Assembly: GCF_009914755.1 (NCBI RefSeq)
Contig: NC_060926.1
DNA: 64,000 nucleotides
Reading direction: 5' to 3' (one strand)
From: the human T2T-CHM13v2.0 reference genome, Homo sapiens
Each line of letters starts with the position of its first letter. Within the stretch, counting starts at the first letter, position 1. Made by a program: the position numbers and the translations under genes. Under the pieces are notes generated by a model, which saw only the letters and a program-made list of their open reading frames with translations, did not search any database and was not told the DNA's origin. This document shows positions 1 to 17,179 of the stretch, piece by piece.

Positions 1-451
1 CGTACAATACAGTAACATCCACAAAGACATTCATATTTTTTTACTAAATAATCAATAAATTGAAACAGTAACTACAATACATAAGATGAAATTTTCCAAA
101 GGCATAAAGGGTGTTATACAGTATGAGCAACTCTAAAAGTCTGTTTCGAAAGCTAAAACTTTTTTATATTAAACTACTGCTCAAAGGGTTATAATTTAAA
201 AGAAGCAAAGTGACTAAGACGTGTATCACATTTTTACTTACAGGACAAAGAATTGAGTACAGAGCTGAGAAAATACCCAGCATTAAAGGAATAGGATATA
301 TATATACACACACATATTATATATAATGTTATTTCACGAAGAGCTGTCTTTTAAAAATATATTGTAATGCTCTGACGATTTTATTTGAATCCAAACTTAA
401 CTTACATTGGTACTAGCCGGTTGCCAAAAAAACTTAAAATAACAGTAATCT

Positions 452-785
<334 letters not shown>

Positions 786-880
786 TCAAAGGCAAAAATA
801 GTTCTGCTTCCAATTAAACCTACAATTCCAGATGGCTAACTGCTCCACAAGTTGGTCCTATTCAAACTCTGTATATAACC

Positions 881-1241
881 CAGTGGTCCCCAACCTTTTT
901 GGCACCAGTGGCCAGTTTCATGGAAGACAATTTTTCCATGGACCAGGGGTGGGGTGGGGTGGGGTGGGGTGGAGTGGAGATGGTTTCAGATGAAACTGTT
1001 ACACCTCAAATCATCAGGCATTAGTTAGATTCTCATAAGGAGCAAGCGACCTAGATCCCTCGCATGTGCAGTTCACAACAGGGTCCACGCTCCTCTGAGA
1101 ATCTAATGCCACGGATGATCTCACAGGAGGTGGAGCTCAGGCGGGAATGCTCACTGGCCTGCTGCTCACCTCCCGCTGTGTGGCTCATTCCTCACAGGAT
1201 AGCGACCAGTACAGGTATGCAGCCCTGGTGTTGTGGACCCG
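881..1241 (+). mobile_element. MER1B-like hAT-Charlie non-autonomous element
   Basis: CAGTGGTCCCCAACC...GGACCCG termini, perfect 8-bp TSD ATATAACC (873-880, 1242-1249), internal (GGGGT)n. Confidence 0.9.
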
Positions 1242-2375
1242 ATATAACCAATTGTTAATTTAAACAAAAGGAAGATAAAGAGAGTGAGAGAAGAAGAGCG
1301 TGGTTAAGAGGAGAAAAAGATTCAGATTCACCCAAAATTTCAAAGCCAATTAAAGAATTAAAAATAAAAGCAAACAAGGACTTTCTCCTTCCAGTAATGG
1401 TGATCAGGTCATCAAACCAATCTTCTGGCTGAAGAAACTTGAAAAGTTGAACTAAGTTTAAAAAAAGAAAACTCTACTTCTAGAGATCAGGCAGTAAAGA
1501 AATGGGGCCAGAATTCACTAAGTTCCCAGAAGTGAGTCTGGTATACCAGGTTTCTTCTCCCCTACAGGCATCTGCTGATTTAAGTAGTGACTGTGAGGCT
1601 GGAAAGCTAAGCAAAACATCTGAAAGCCTCACTGGGTTAGCCAGACAAAAATGAGACCCTGAGCCTCCCCCAAACTCTGGGTTGGGATCTCAACCTCAGA
1701 GCAAAAGAATTACAATTAAAGCCCAGATTCAAATAATCTCAATCCTTAAAAGTGAATTAAGAAAAGCAGATTTATAGGGCCCCTATGTTTCTGTCAAAAT
1801 TAAATGTAAATTTTATGTCATGGAAGACTACCATTATTCTAGGCCTCAAATTATTTCTACAGTTTTTCACATCAAATGTCTCATACACAATAAAAATTAA
1901 CCAGAAATCCAAGAAAATAACGCAAATAAAATGCAAATGAAACATGGAACAAGACCCAAAGGTATCTAGATAATTAAGTTATCAGACACAGACTCTCGAA
2001 TAAGTATGCTGAGTAGTTAACACTGAGAACTTTAGCAGAAAACCTGAAACTAAAGAGAATAAAATTGAAATTCTAGAACCAAAAAGTAAAATAAACTAAA
2101 TTAAAGAACTCAGTGTATGAGTCTGATGGCATATTAGACACAGCCTAAGAGAATTAATGAAATGGAAGATTGGTCAGAAAAATATATCTTTAAAAATGCA
2201 CACAGGAATAAAAAGATAAAACATACAAAAAAGGATGTAAGAAACATAGGGCAAATTTAAGAATGTTTAATACATGTATAACTGGAGTACCAGGAGGAAA
2301 GAAGATGACAAGACAGAAGCACTATCCGAAGTGATATAGTCTGAGAATTTTCCAAAACTGACGAACGAGCTCATC

Positions 2376-2568
2376 AGTCCTGTGCAACAGAACTTTCTAT
2401 TCTATTGATAGAATGATGGAAATGTTCTCCATCTGCCAATAGAGTAACTAATAGAAACATTTGTCTACTGAGAACTTAAAATGTGAGGAATTGAATTTTT
2501 AACTTTTTAAATGTTAATTGGTATCAACAGTTACATGCAGCTAGTGGCTGGCACTGGGCAGTGCAGTC
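2376..2568. mobile_element. MER3-like hAT-Charlie fragment inserted in L1
   Basis: AGAACTTTCT..GATGGAAATGTTCT..CTAGTGGCT..GGCAGTGCAG pattern. Confidence 0.65.
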
Positions 2569-4061
2569 CTACGTCACAGTTATAAGAAGTCCTATAAACA
2601 CCAAGCTGAACAAATAAAAGATCACACCTAGACATATCACAGTAAAACTGCTGAAAACCAAATATAAACACCCCCACTCCAACAAAAACAAAAAGTGACC
2701 AGAGATCTACAAGCTAGATTACAGTCAAAGGAGCAACAGTAAGACTGATAGTTGACTTCTCAACAGAAACTCTGGAAACCAGGTCTCAAGGGCACTGTGC
2801 ATAGCTGCAACATGACAAATGAAAAAAACTGCCAACCAAGATTTCTGTATCCAGCTCCCTCCCCCCAAAAAAATCCCTTCAAGAATAAAAATGAAAAAAA
2901 AGCATTATCAGATAAGCAAAAAAGAATTCCTCAACAGATAGGCCCAAATAGAGAAAAAAAAGAGTATTTTCAGAGAGAAAATCAACCCAGCTAGAAGCCT
3001 GGAAATGCACTAAAGATTGAAGAAAAAAACTGAGTATATAAACAAATTTAAATGTATAATTACTGAATAAAACACTAATGGTAATATCTTGTGGGGAGTT
3101 AAAATATCAGAGAACTAAACTATCTGGCAATAGTATGTAATTCTGGAGAGGGAAATGTACAGTTAATGTTTTCTAATGTTGCTGCACTGACCAGAAAGAG
3201 AAAAAAGTGCTAACTTATATCACACTTTAACACAGAAAGGAGGCATATTGTAATCTCTAGGATAAATATTAAAAACAAATTTAAAAAAAGATGGTCTAAC
3301 TATTAAGCCAAGTTGGGGGGTGGGGGGTATTTGGAACAAAAAATAATAATAATCCCAAAAGCAGCAGAAAAGGAGAATAAGAGAAAGTTCAAACAGGATA
3401 AACAGAAATCATTTATTAGGAATATCAATTTAAACATATCAGCAAGTATATTAAATGTAAATGTACTACATGTTCCAATTAAAGAACAAACATGGTCAAA
3501 CTAGTTTTTTTAAACTAGTATATGCAACTTAAAAGATATGGCTAAAACGCGAAAGCTGAAAGAATGGAAAAAGCTGTAGCATGCAAACACCAAATGAAAG
3601 TTAGTGTATATGCCTTAACACTAGATTAAAAACACTACAAGGTAAAATGCAATACTGAGATAAAGAGGGACACGTCACAATAATAAAAAGTTTGATTCAC
3701 CAGGTAGATTTAAAAAAACCTTGACTTGTCAGCACTTTAACATAATCAAAATATATAAAACAAAAACTGACAAATTAAACAGAGAGACAAATGTTATAAT
3801 CATTTGGGGATATTTTAACAAACCTTTGTCTGAATAGGAGCAAACAAATGCAAAAGCAGTAAAAATCTGAAACAGAAACAAACTTGATAGAACATATTAC
3901 ACCACATCTAACAACTGTAGTCTATAAATATTTTGTTGTTGTACACAAGGAATGTTTACCCAAAAAGACCATATGTTGAACCATAAAGCAAGTCTCAAAT
4001 TTCCAAGAACTTAAGTCTTAGGGATTTAAATCTTACTAGAATGGAGTCAAATCAGAAATCA

Positions 4062-4692
<631 letters not shown>

Positions 4693-6136
4693 CTATACAG
4701 GACTAAAGTTTCTATATATTGCAAGAATTAATGTAGCTATGAAGTAGACTCTGATAAGCTAAGATATATAAATGTAAACCCTACAGTAATCACTAGTAAT
4801 TCAAATATAGTTTTAAAATGATTAAAGAAATTAAAATGTTACACTGGGAAATACTCATGTAATGCAAAAGACAGCAGTAGAGGAGGGAAAGAGGACAAAA
4901 GAGAAATGAGACCTATAGAAAACAAAACAAAGTGGCAGACAAATTTAACCCTATCAGTAACACTAAATGTGAATGGATTAAATAATACACTCAAGAGGCA
5001 GAAATTACCAGATTGGGTTTTAAAAGAATAAGATCCAATTAAACGCTGTCTACTTAAGACATATTTTAGATTCAAAAATACAAACGGGACAGGATAAGAG
5101 TAAATGGATGGGAAAAAACATACCATGCAAAAGAGCTGGCATGAATATACTAGTATCAGACAAACTTTTAAAAACTGGTGTTTTGAGAGGTCAAGAGAAA
5201 CATTTTAAAACAATTAAGGGTCAATTTATTAGGAAGATATAAGAATTCTAATCACTTGCACTTTATGACAGAGCCCCAAATTACATGAAGCAAAACTGAC
5301 AGAATTAAAGGGAGAAATAGACAAGCCAAGAACAATAGTTGGAAGAATTAAATGGCCCACTTTCAATAATGAATAGAACTAGGCAGAAGATCAATAAGGA
5401 AACAGAAAACAAACACTATAATCAACTAGATGGAAAAGACAGCTAGAGAACGTTCTGCCCAACAACACAATACACATTTTTCTAAAAAAGCACACATGGA
5501 ACATTCTCCAGGATAGATGATCTATGCTAGACCATAAAACCAGCATCAACAAACTGAAAAGGATAAAAAGGATACAAAGTACGTTCTCTGATCACAATAG
5601 AATTAAATTAGAACTCAGTAACAGAAAAAAAATCAAGAAATTCACAAATATGCAGAAATTAACATATTCCTAAATAAATAATGGGTCAAATGAAATAAAA
5701 AGAAAAATTAGAAAATACTTGAGATGAATAAAAACAAAAAGGCAACATATCAAAACTTATGGAATGAACTAAATCAGTGCTTAGAGGGAAATTTACAGCT
5801 ATAATGCCTATATTAAAAACAGAAAATATGGGAAAACATTTTTATGAACTTGAGATAAGAAAAGGCTTCTTAAATACCATAAAGAGAAGACAAAAGCAGG
5901 CCACAGAATAGGGGGAAAAAGTTTTAATAAAAAATAAGACTTCTCATCCAAAATACAAAAAGAATGCCTTCAAGTATGGTTTTTAAAAGACAAACACAAC
6001 AGACAAATGAACAAAAGATTTGAACAAGCACTTCACAAAGGATAACGAAAAGGCCAATAAACTTTATGAAAAAGTGGTAAACATCCTTAGTCATCAGGGA
6101 AATGAAAAATTAAAACCACACAGATACCATCTTACA

Positions 6137-6754
<618 letters not shown>

Positions 6755-7285
6755 TCATAATACCATTATTAATATTTTGTCAAGTGGAAACAATCCAAAT
6801 GTCAATCAACAAAGTATAAAATGTAGTACATTCACACAAAGTAATATTATAGTGCAATTAAAATTACAGTTTCAGAAAATAATGTGGATGAATCTTACAA
6901 ATAATATGTGGGGCAAAAATATCTAGATACAAAATATATAATGCGTGGATCCATTTATATCAAACTCAAAAACAGGCATAACTAAATCAGAATAATGGTT
7001 ACTTTGGGGAGCATGGAGAAGGTAGTGACTGATGGGGAAGGAGAGTGTTTGAAGTGCTGGCAATATTCTATTTCTTGTCTCAGTGGTCGTTACACAGGTC
7101 AGAGTTTATAATAACTTACTGAGCACTACTTTGTGTGCCTTTTCAGTATGTGTTATGCTTCAATATGAAAGATAAAATATATAAAATTTAGAAATAAAAT
7201 CAGTTGAATCACACTAAAATTAGAGTACTTGAACTTCAGAAAGCAGTAACTTTTAAAGACTTATACTCATTAAAGTATCATAAAG

Positions 7286-7429
7286 AGCCAGTCATACTGA
7301 AGTGTGCCTGAAGTCCTAGCTATTTAGGAGGCAGAGGTGGGAAGATCACTTGAGCCCAGGAGTTCCAGGCTGCAGTGAGCTATGATTGCGCCACTATACT
7401 CCAGCCGGGACAACAGAGTGAGACTCTGT
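7286..7429 (+). mobile_element. Alu right monomer/FRAM-like element lacking its A tail
   Basis: GATCACTTGAGCCCAGGAGTT..GCAGTGAGCTATGATTGCGCCACT..GAGACTCTGT. Confidence 0.8.
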
Positions 7430-7438
7430 AAGAATGTG

Positions 7439-7555
7439 ATTCTTTTGTAGTTCTTAAGTGTGATGACTGGGTGCTCACACACAAGAGGTGCCTCTCTCAA
7501 ACCTTGTTATGACATCGGCATATGACCCATCTGATAAGAAAATAAATAAAATATA
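7439..7555 (+). pseudogene. U13 (SNORD13) snoRNA retropseudogene
   Basis: ATTCTTTTGTAGTTC..GTGATGA(box C, 7460-7466)CTGGGTGCTCA..AACCTTGTTATGAC..ACCCATCTGA(box D, 7531-7534) matches U13 with substitutions and a short deletion. Followed by an A-rich tail. Confidence 0.9.
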
Positions 7556-8958
7556 AAGAACAACTGGTATTGAATTCAATAAAAGCATAAAACTTTATAC
7601 AATGGAAAATATTCAAATATATAAAAGAAAAAATATGACGGTGGAAATAGTTTCATCAAATGTAACAAGAATTAACATCACTACCATATATTCTCATGTC
7701 TAAGATACAGACGTCAAGAAAAATTGGCTTTGGGCTCTTGATAAAAATATTAAGTTCAATCTCACTACCAATCAAGACATATCAACTGAAACAAGATACC
7801 ATTTTAACAGCAGTTAAACTGGAGGAAAACTGTGTAACTCCCTTCTGTAGGGAGTACTTTGTTCACAACCTCTGTGGCAGAAATACAATTTCCTTCCTTC
7901 CCACTTCTCCTTTTTAGAAAACTTTATTTCACAGCACTGGAAACAGTTGCTCAATGATCCACAAGAGAACAATGCTACTGTGATTCCTGAATTTCCGGTT
8001 TCTACCTCAGTAGGCCTCCTTAAGGCCTAACTGGGGTCTAAGGGATACCCAGCTCTATAACCTTCTACTACTAATAAATCTGTTTTGCTTAAGTTAATTT
8101 CTAGCAACCAAATGACCAATGAATATAACACCTTGATATAGCTTATCTCAGAAGCTGAAAACTGGCAATTCGGGTTGTTTTATCTAACCCACAAGGTGTT
8201 CTTCAAAAGTATAAATTAAATGTTAGAAATTATCCTTCCTCACTAGACTGTGACCAAGCTCCTAGAAAGCAAGGACTAACTTCATCATATTTATCTTTGT
8301 TTCCTCATTACTAGGCTTCAGGTCCAAAAATACTTGCTGAATGAACAAACTATGCCAATAAGTTTTCTATAAAACTCTATAGCTCTGACAACTGATTCAT
8401 CTCAGAGAACAATAGACTAAAATCCCAGTTATTCCACTAAGAAAACAACAGTGACAACAGAGATTAAACGACATAAAAATACTCGCCCCCTTTGCCCAGT
8501 AAGCCAAATCTTTGAAATGTAAAAAACAAAAAGTAATTCACAGTTGTGATCATAGCACAGTACAGCCTTTCAACTTCTGGGCTCAAATGATCCTCCTGCC
8601 TCAGCCTCCCAAGTAGCTGGGACTACAGGCATGCTCCACTGCACCTGGCTTATGTTTTAACTATCACTATTATGTGTGGATATAATGATACTTTAGAATT
8701 TAAATGTTTTCCTCTCTGTTTATGTGGCAAAGAATAGGGACCAAATACTATCTGAATAAATGTTCCTTATAGCCACAGCATGCTTGACTTAGATGGTCTG
8801 TTTCTCCAGCCTGTTGAAGAACTGTAGCTCACAGATGTAGATTTCAAATGATATCCTAAATTGCTGCTTTCATCATCTTAGTGCCTGTAATTTTCTGTGG
8901 CTTTAGAATTGATCACATGTATGAGACGCAGTTATACCATTTAAGCATCAAGCACTAG

Positions 8959-9297
<339 letters not shown>

Positions 9298-9709
9298 AGC
9301 AGCTGCATACTGTAAAGCACTATATTGCAAATTTTGAAAGGGGCCTATATTGTGTTTTTTTGTGTGTTCTTATTAGTACCAAGGAGAAAGAGTGCTTTAT
9401 GTGCACTAGGTGCCTAATAATGTGTGTATTACTATTAGTGGGAACATAGGCAGTGTGGTATAGGGATTAGAAGTGTGGACTTGGGTTGACATCCTTTTTT
9501 CAATCACTTCTCATCTGCGTGACTTTGGGCATGCTGTTTGTCATTGTTGCTCTTGGTGGTGTATTTTTTCTTTTGAGAGAAAGGCGAGACAAAAAACAAG
9601 CTAATATTATGGAGTCATTGCAAAGTAACTTTTAGGCAATGTTCCGTCATTTGTACATGTTTCCATATTGCACAGTTTTCCTACTTATTTTTTAAGTGAA
9701 TGTATACAA

Positions 9710-10002
<293 letters not shown>

Positions 10003-10035
<33 letters not shown>

Positions 10036-10074
10036 CGTGTGCGTGTGTGTGTATGTGCGATATATATATATATC
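10003..10074. repeat. Compound (AT)n(GT)n(AT)n microsatellite at an Alu tail
   Basis: Directly visible alternating purine-pyrimidine tract. Confidence 0.95.
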
Positions 10075-10730
10075 ACGTTGCTTTAGTTGATTTTGTTGAT
10101 ATGTATACCAAAACTTAATCTAGTTGTTGGTCTCATTTCTTGTCACTATATAATACTGTGGTAAATATTATGCAAATAGTCATTTTTCATCCTTTGAATT
10201 ACTTTTCTTTTTTTTTTTTTTTTTTTTTTTAACATTTCTAAGATTTTCCTTACTGGGAGTAAATAAATTGTATTTCTCTCTAGCCTGGACAACAGAGCAA
10301 GACCCTGTCTCTAAAAAAAAGGGTAGGGGCGGGCAGGGAGAAGCAGCAGCAGCAGAAGAAGAAAAGAAATTAAATAATCCATAGTGACTTGTTAAAGTGC
10401 CATGTATTTCTCATTCAATTTCACAACCTTGTGAAACCTTGTAGTTACTATTACTATCCCACCCTATCAAAAACAAAATCTACAGATAAGGCATTGAGAG
10501 GTTAAGTAACTTAGTATAATTAAGTGGCAAAACCCTTGAAACTATTATGTTATATTAACTTGTTATGTAATAATGTACTTTATACATGCTACCAACATCC
10601 AAAAGTATAATGCTGTCAACTAGGTCAGAGAAGTAGGAGACACTGGGAAGAAAAAGAAAGGAGGGGGAAGAGCTTGCAAAGGGGTGCCATTTATTAGCCT
10701 TTTGGTTTTGTTTTTTAAAACTATACAATA

Positions 10731-11065
10731 GACTGGGCACAATGGCTCAAGCCTGTAATCCCAACACTTTGGGAGGCAGAGGCAGGAGGACTGGTTGAGC
10801 CCAGGGGTTCAAGACCAGCCTGGGCAACATAGGGAGACCATGTCTCCACAAAAAGTTAAAAAATCAGCAGGATATGGTGGCGTGCACCTGTAGTCCCAGC
10901 TACTTGGGAGGCTGAGATGAAGAAGTATGCTTGAGCCCAGGAGTTGGAGGCTGCAGTGAGCCGTGATCATGTCACTGTGCTCCAGCCTGGGTGACAAAGT
11001 GAGACCTTGTCTCAAGAAAAAGGAAAAAGAAAAAGAAAGAAAGAAAGAACAAACGAACGAACGAA
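10731..11065 (+). mobile_element. AluJ with (GAAA)/(GAAC) tail
   Basis: TTGAGCCCAGG and GAGACCATGTCTC AluJ-type features. Degenerate TSD ACTATACAATA/ACTGTATAATA. Confidence 0.9.
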
Positions 11066-11489
11066 AGACTGTATAATAAAAATTTTTAAATGAAAATAAA
11101 AAATAGCCAGATAAAATATAATGAAACATTTGATAAACTGCATTAGATATTTGCTCAGTGTCAAGTCTGCAATCCTGTGATTAAGTGCAAGGCATGTGTT
11201 AATATTTAAGCCCAGTACAGTATTTCTAAGATGAGTTGAACCCTACCTGGTTCAAAAGTACATGCTCACCTCATGCCTGCTGTTGGTATATGAGCTAAGT
11301 ACACGTATCCTTCAAAAAAATAATCTGGCAACATTTATCGAAAGCCCTAAAATTGTTTTATACTCTGCTCTCGTAATTCCATGACTGAAAATCTAGTATT
11401 TAAAAAAAAGGAGGCTTTTACTCAGTTACTGTATCATTATCTATGACAGTTATAAAGTTAAAATTAAAAAGACATAACCTAAATGATTC

Positions 11490-11985
11490 GCTATAGTTGT
11501 TTTTTGCTCATTATCATCCCTTCCTCAGGAAAACTACACCTCATCCAATTCATGTCATCTCAAGGGGACTGTCAATCCTGGCTTTCTGTGGGTTCCCCAA
11601 CTCACCCTAACCACAGCCACCACAGTGGCTACCCTTGCTGTAGCTCATCTCCCAGGTTCCAATGATTGGTTAAGGAACTGACAATCAGAATTGATTACCA
11701 ACAACACAACTGACATGTGGACATCAGGAAAGAGAAGCTGTCTTTCAAGTGTGGTTGCTAAGCTAAAGGTATATGTCTGGGGCTCCAGAAGCAAGAGGCT
11801 AGAAAAACCCAGAAAGGAGACAAAGAAACCCAATGACATTACTTGCAACCTTGGATCTAGCTGTTTCCAAAGCCATTCCATCACCCTCCACATACAATAC
11901 CCAGTATGTGAACCAATACACTCATTTTTTAACTTAACAAAGTCGTGTTGTTATTACGTGTAACCAAAGGATTCATGACTAACAT
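11490..11985 (+). mobile_element. Old MaLR (MLT1-type) LTR remnant
   Basis: 3' end TTGGATCTAGCTGT..GAACCAATACACTC..GTAACCAAAG..GACTAA is typical of MLT1. Confidence 0.55.
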
Positions 11986-12049
11986 CCTACCTAAAGAAGA
12001 GTAGTTAACCAATTATAGTGCATCCATTCAAGGAAATAACATTGACAGA

Positions 12050-12880
<831 letters not shown>

Positions 12881-14995
12881 ATGTGTATCTTTAAGTAAAT
12901 GAAATAAGTATCTTTAAGTAAATGAAATAAGTAACAGAGTAGTATACAAAGTTGAACTAAACTACATATTTACACAGATGTTTAAAAGAAATCGGCAAGG
13001 AAAAGGGAAATTTTATATTTTTTATGAGGCAAATATACAGTATCAAAAAAGGAAAAAAGTAAAACATGTCTCTGGTCTTAGGAGACAGGATGAGTATGAT
13101 TAGCCTCACACAAACCCCTCTGACCTTCCCCAGAGGAACTACATTCATCCTCAGATAGGAAGCACTTACCTAAGTGTCCAGTGGGGAATCATGAAGTCAC
13201 ACAACTTATCATATTAACAGCAAGAATTTAAACCTAGTAGTTTATTTACTCCAGCTAATTAGTTTTCAAGGAAAAGCACAAATTTATGAGTATAACCAAT
13301 TCTTAACAATCCACATAGATGAAGAGGAAAAAATATTTTAAGTCATCCCCCCAAAATACTTATATTTGGCTAATGAATCTATGTAGAATATAATCACTTT
13401 TATTTAAATACAGGTTAAATTGCCTTCTTGAAATTCATTAAATTTCAGACCTAATGATGAAGCCACATTGGAAAAATTTAATTCAAGTTTGACAACCTAC
13501 CACCTGGATCTGCTCTGCTCTGCATATCTTTCCACTCCATGACTGATAAATTCCTATCAATCCATTCAAATCCTGCCTCTCAATTAGGTTTGCTATATAA
13601 TACATGCTACCAAAGGTTTTGTTATTGTTGTTGTTGTTGTTGTTAGCAATAAAAGAATTAAAACTAAGTATTTTTTTAAAATACTTTTTTACAGATTAGC
13701 TAGACTGCACATCCTCTTCCCCTTGCCCATACTGAATACTATTAACAGAGTCAAAGATCTGCCACTAAAGCATTATAATTTAGTTTAAAGCCTTGTCCAT
13801 CAGGTTATAAAGCCTCCACAATAAATAGACTGCTCCGATACTGACAGTGGGAAGTTTTTTGTTCAAATTCTAGTATTTACTTGTTATGGCTCCAGTGGGT
13901 TTATGAGGCCAAAATATCAAGATAAATGGAATTACAAATTAGATTATCTAACATGGAAATAAAATTTTTCATTGATGTATCTCTAACATTTTCCATGAAT
14001 GGACAAAACTTAACTTAAAAAAATGAAGTGTAGGATTTGCACAGCTGGTACAGCTTTCTAAATTGGGTTGTTTGGTTGGGGTTTTTGTATTTTTTTAAAT
14101 CTTATCTTCACACGTGTATTAAAAACTCATGCAAAAAAAGTTAACAAAAGTTTAGAAGTAAAATGAATAAGCCTGGAAGTCTGATTAGTAAGTTAAAATC
14201 TGCTTAGGAAAAACTACTAAAATACTAAAAACCAAATTTTCATATTTTAGGCAATATATCCTAGTGATTAAAATACACCAACTTGGTTCAAATCCCCATC
14301 ATGTACTACTCTAGGTCACACTGGTAAGTCACTTTACTTCTCTGTGCTTCAGTTTTCTCATCTGAAGATGGGAATAACAACTGTATGTAACTCAGAGTTA
14401 TGAGATATAAGAATTAACATGTGCGAACACAATAAACTTTAGCTATTACTGTTACTGTTATCCATATCACCCTCTAAAATATAGTTCACTTAAGAATTAC
14501 TAAAATAAGCATCTTCCTGGGTCTGAAATATGTGCATACCATGATATATAGAGAGATGATGTATGTGAAACAGTCCTTTGACAAAACTTTTAGTTGAGTG
14601 CCAACTCTGTAGAGGATGTCCTCCTGTGCACTGAAAATACGAAAATGAACAAAATATAGTCTCTGAATTCAAGACCTTTCTGTCTAGTAGACAATATAAA
14701 TAAAACTATAATAAAAGTAGCATGATGCAGATGCTATGGAAACAGACAATCCTGTGAGACACTAAACAACACAGGCACTTAACTAGGGGCAGACACAGGG
14801 GTCCCAGATAAAATAAACTCCAGCAATATTTTCTGAGGAACAATCACCTACTTACTTCACTTCCGGGTATCACACTGTTATTTACGCAATTTATATTATT
14901 AATATATTAATAAGTGTTTTACAAAAAACAAGACTACCTATCACACTACTTACCATGCTCATAAACTTAAATACCCTTTGGTATTAATGAAGATG

Positions 14996-15291
14996 TTTTC
15001 TTTTTTCTTTTTTGAGACAGGGTGTCACTGTGTTGCCCAGGCTGGAGTGCAGTGGCATGATCATAGCTCACTGCATCAACTGCAGTCTTGAACTGCTGGG
15101 ATCAAGGTGGGATCCTCCCACCTCAGCCTCCCCAGTAGCTAGGACTACCGACATATGCCACCATACCCAGCTAACTTTTTTTTTTTTTTTGAGACAGGAT
15201 CAGGCTAGTCTCAAACTCCTGGACTCAAGCAATCCTCTTGCCTTGGTCTCCCAAAGCTGGGATTACAGGCCTGAGACATAGCACCTCGCCT
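14996..15291 (-). mobile_element. AluJ (partly deleted)
   Basis: Reverse Alu consensus. Confidence 0.9.
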
Positions 15292-17179
15292 GATGATATT
15301 CTCTTAAAAAAACAAAATATAACCTTGCAAAGGTTATACTGCCTCTTCAAGAAACATTTCTTTCACCAATAAATAAAAGCTACAAACTTTCCCCCAATAA
15401 ATTATATTACGACTAATGTCACAGGAATGACAATATTTTTGAGCTGGAAGAGACCTTTGAGAGCCTCTAATCCAATGCTCTCATTTTACAGATGAAAAGA
15501 GGCTGTAAAGTATAATGGAAAAAAAAAACCAACCTGAGAGTCAGAAAACTGAATTTTGGGCCCAACTGTCTTACAGTGAAAGCCTGTGCAAATTATCTGC
15601 TTCCTCATCTGTAAAATGAGAGGTTTGTACTAGATTGCTTCCAAGATCCGGTTCAGCTCTGTAATTCTTAGTTTATGGAACTGAAGCAGAGATAAGCAAC
15701 TTGCCCAAGGTCACACAGCTAGTTAATAGCAAAGTAAAGACTATCCTCAGATCCCAACTACAATCACTTTCTCCCCTATACCATACTGCTTCTACTACTT
15801 CATAACAATATTCCTGTAATTTATTTTAAGATTCTTGAAAATTATTAACAAGCATGAAGGAGTTTATGAAACTACATGACTGATTTCTACAGCTCTTCTA
15901 TAGGAAATGAGCTTTAAATCCAAATGCAACAAGTACATGAGGTCTCAAGCTGGGTATTATTACTTACTACACTTATTAATATTAAATTGACCCCAAGAAA
16001 GTTATGAGAATTTATGCTTAAATTCCCACCACCTAAAAATCCAACTCACAGAAGAGATTATGTGCCATGCAAAATTAAAATATGAATTGTTATAAGTAAT
16101 GATACATATTATAGGTATAATTCTAGGAATAAGATGAGAATTTAAATTCTTCATTTTATGTTCTAGTTATACTTAATATGCATTTTAAATTCAAAAGAGA
16201 TCAATTTAAACACTTTTCTTTCTTCTTCCCTCTTTTCAGACTCTCTAGCTTTAAAAACATTAGAATAACTTAAGCATATTACTTCTGAAATCACGTAAAC
16301 AATTACAAATAAAAGACTATATAAACTATGCTCATAATTTCTCTTACAAAATTGAAAATCAGCCCCCATAGTATTCTAAAATTCTGTGCTGAAATATATT
16401 ACAACTCTACTAAACTGTATCATAAACAGCATTTGGTTCTCTAAAATGTCTTAAGCTTATTATATTTCACAGGGAATTTAGCAAGATTTCATGAAGACTG
16501 ATCTTGCTGACACAAGAAAAGACAGAAAAATCCTCAGAGGAAAAGCACAATAAAAATGCAAAATAGTAATAAAGTCAACAACAACAGTAGTTTCATACTA
16601 CTGACTTGCAAGAACATTCAAAAACGTTAATGAATATATATAAGTATAGTTTAACTATATTTAGGGATTTTTTAAAAATCACAGAATGTTTACATTTTTA
16701 AATTGGATGAAGCCTTAAGTCACTAATCCAATAGCACTCATCGTAAGAATCTACAGAATTTATCTCCACCTCCCCAAAAAATATGTCCCTGTAGTCCACT
16801 TTAAATTCTCAAAACTAACTACTTCTTTCCATTGTTGTTAGCTGTTGCGAGTTCCATTGTTGCTCCACTGTTCCACTGTTCCAAGTCTAGTTGTCATACA
16901 GTTCTTACATTCTGGTAAAAAATTAGACTGACCTCAATGTCTTCCTAATTTTCACCCGTTGGTCTGCCTTCTAAAGCAGGAGAATGGATCTATTCTCCCT
17001 CCTATTTATTAAAATTAACAGGTTTTTAAATCCTATTTACTGAAATCCAAGTTTCTTAAATACCTGGAGACAGCTATCACGTCTCCCAACCGTTAGTCTC
17101 TTCTTTAAATGTATCTTCCATAGACTTCCTGTAGGTCCTAGAGACATTTTTGGAATACAATATGCTTTCACATTGTCAG

